From Trichosphaerium sp. ATCC 40318 (lineage: Eukaryota; Protista; Tubulinea), in contig JALMLS010000477.1 of the NCBI GenBank assembly GCA_038496445.1, forward strand, positions 94,527 to 158,526: a stretch of 64,000 bases of DNA. Direction: 5' to 3'. This document shows positions 1-64,000 of this stretch, piece after piece; within the stretch, counting starts at the first letter, position 1, and each line of letters starts with the position of its first letter. The position numbers were made by a program, and so were the translations under genes. The notes under the pieces were generated by a model. That model searched no databases. It was not told the origin of the DNA and saw nothing but the letters and a program-made list of their open reading frames with translations.

Positions 1-62142
<62,142 letters not shown>

Positions 62143-62172
62143 ACCCCCCCCCCCCCCCCCCCCCCCCCCCCC

Positions 62173-62991
<819 letters not shown>

Positions 62992-62993
62992 AC

Positions 62994-63988
<995 letters not shown>

Positions 63989-64000
63989 ACCCCCCCCCCC

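Overview
The whole 64 kb window is a near-pure poly-C tract (poly-G on the - strand). It is interrupted only by scattered, mostly single A bases and, by my reading, six T bases (43480, 43649, 61159, 61201, 61605, 61797). I saw no G on the + strand. There is no recognisable gene, RNA gene, mobile element, CRISPR array, periodic repeat unit or regulatory site. The single ORF in the track (43479..63692, - strand, poly-Gly) is a by-product of base composition. The only structure is the changing density of A interruptions: none in 1-14607, a gradual rise to a peak around 41.6-46.4 kb, an abrupt fall, and a short burst at about 61.0-61.8 kb. The most likely explanation is a sequencing, base-calling or assembly artefact rather than genomic DNA. 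I find no supportable evidence of a novel biological system here.
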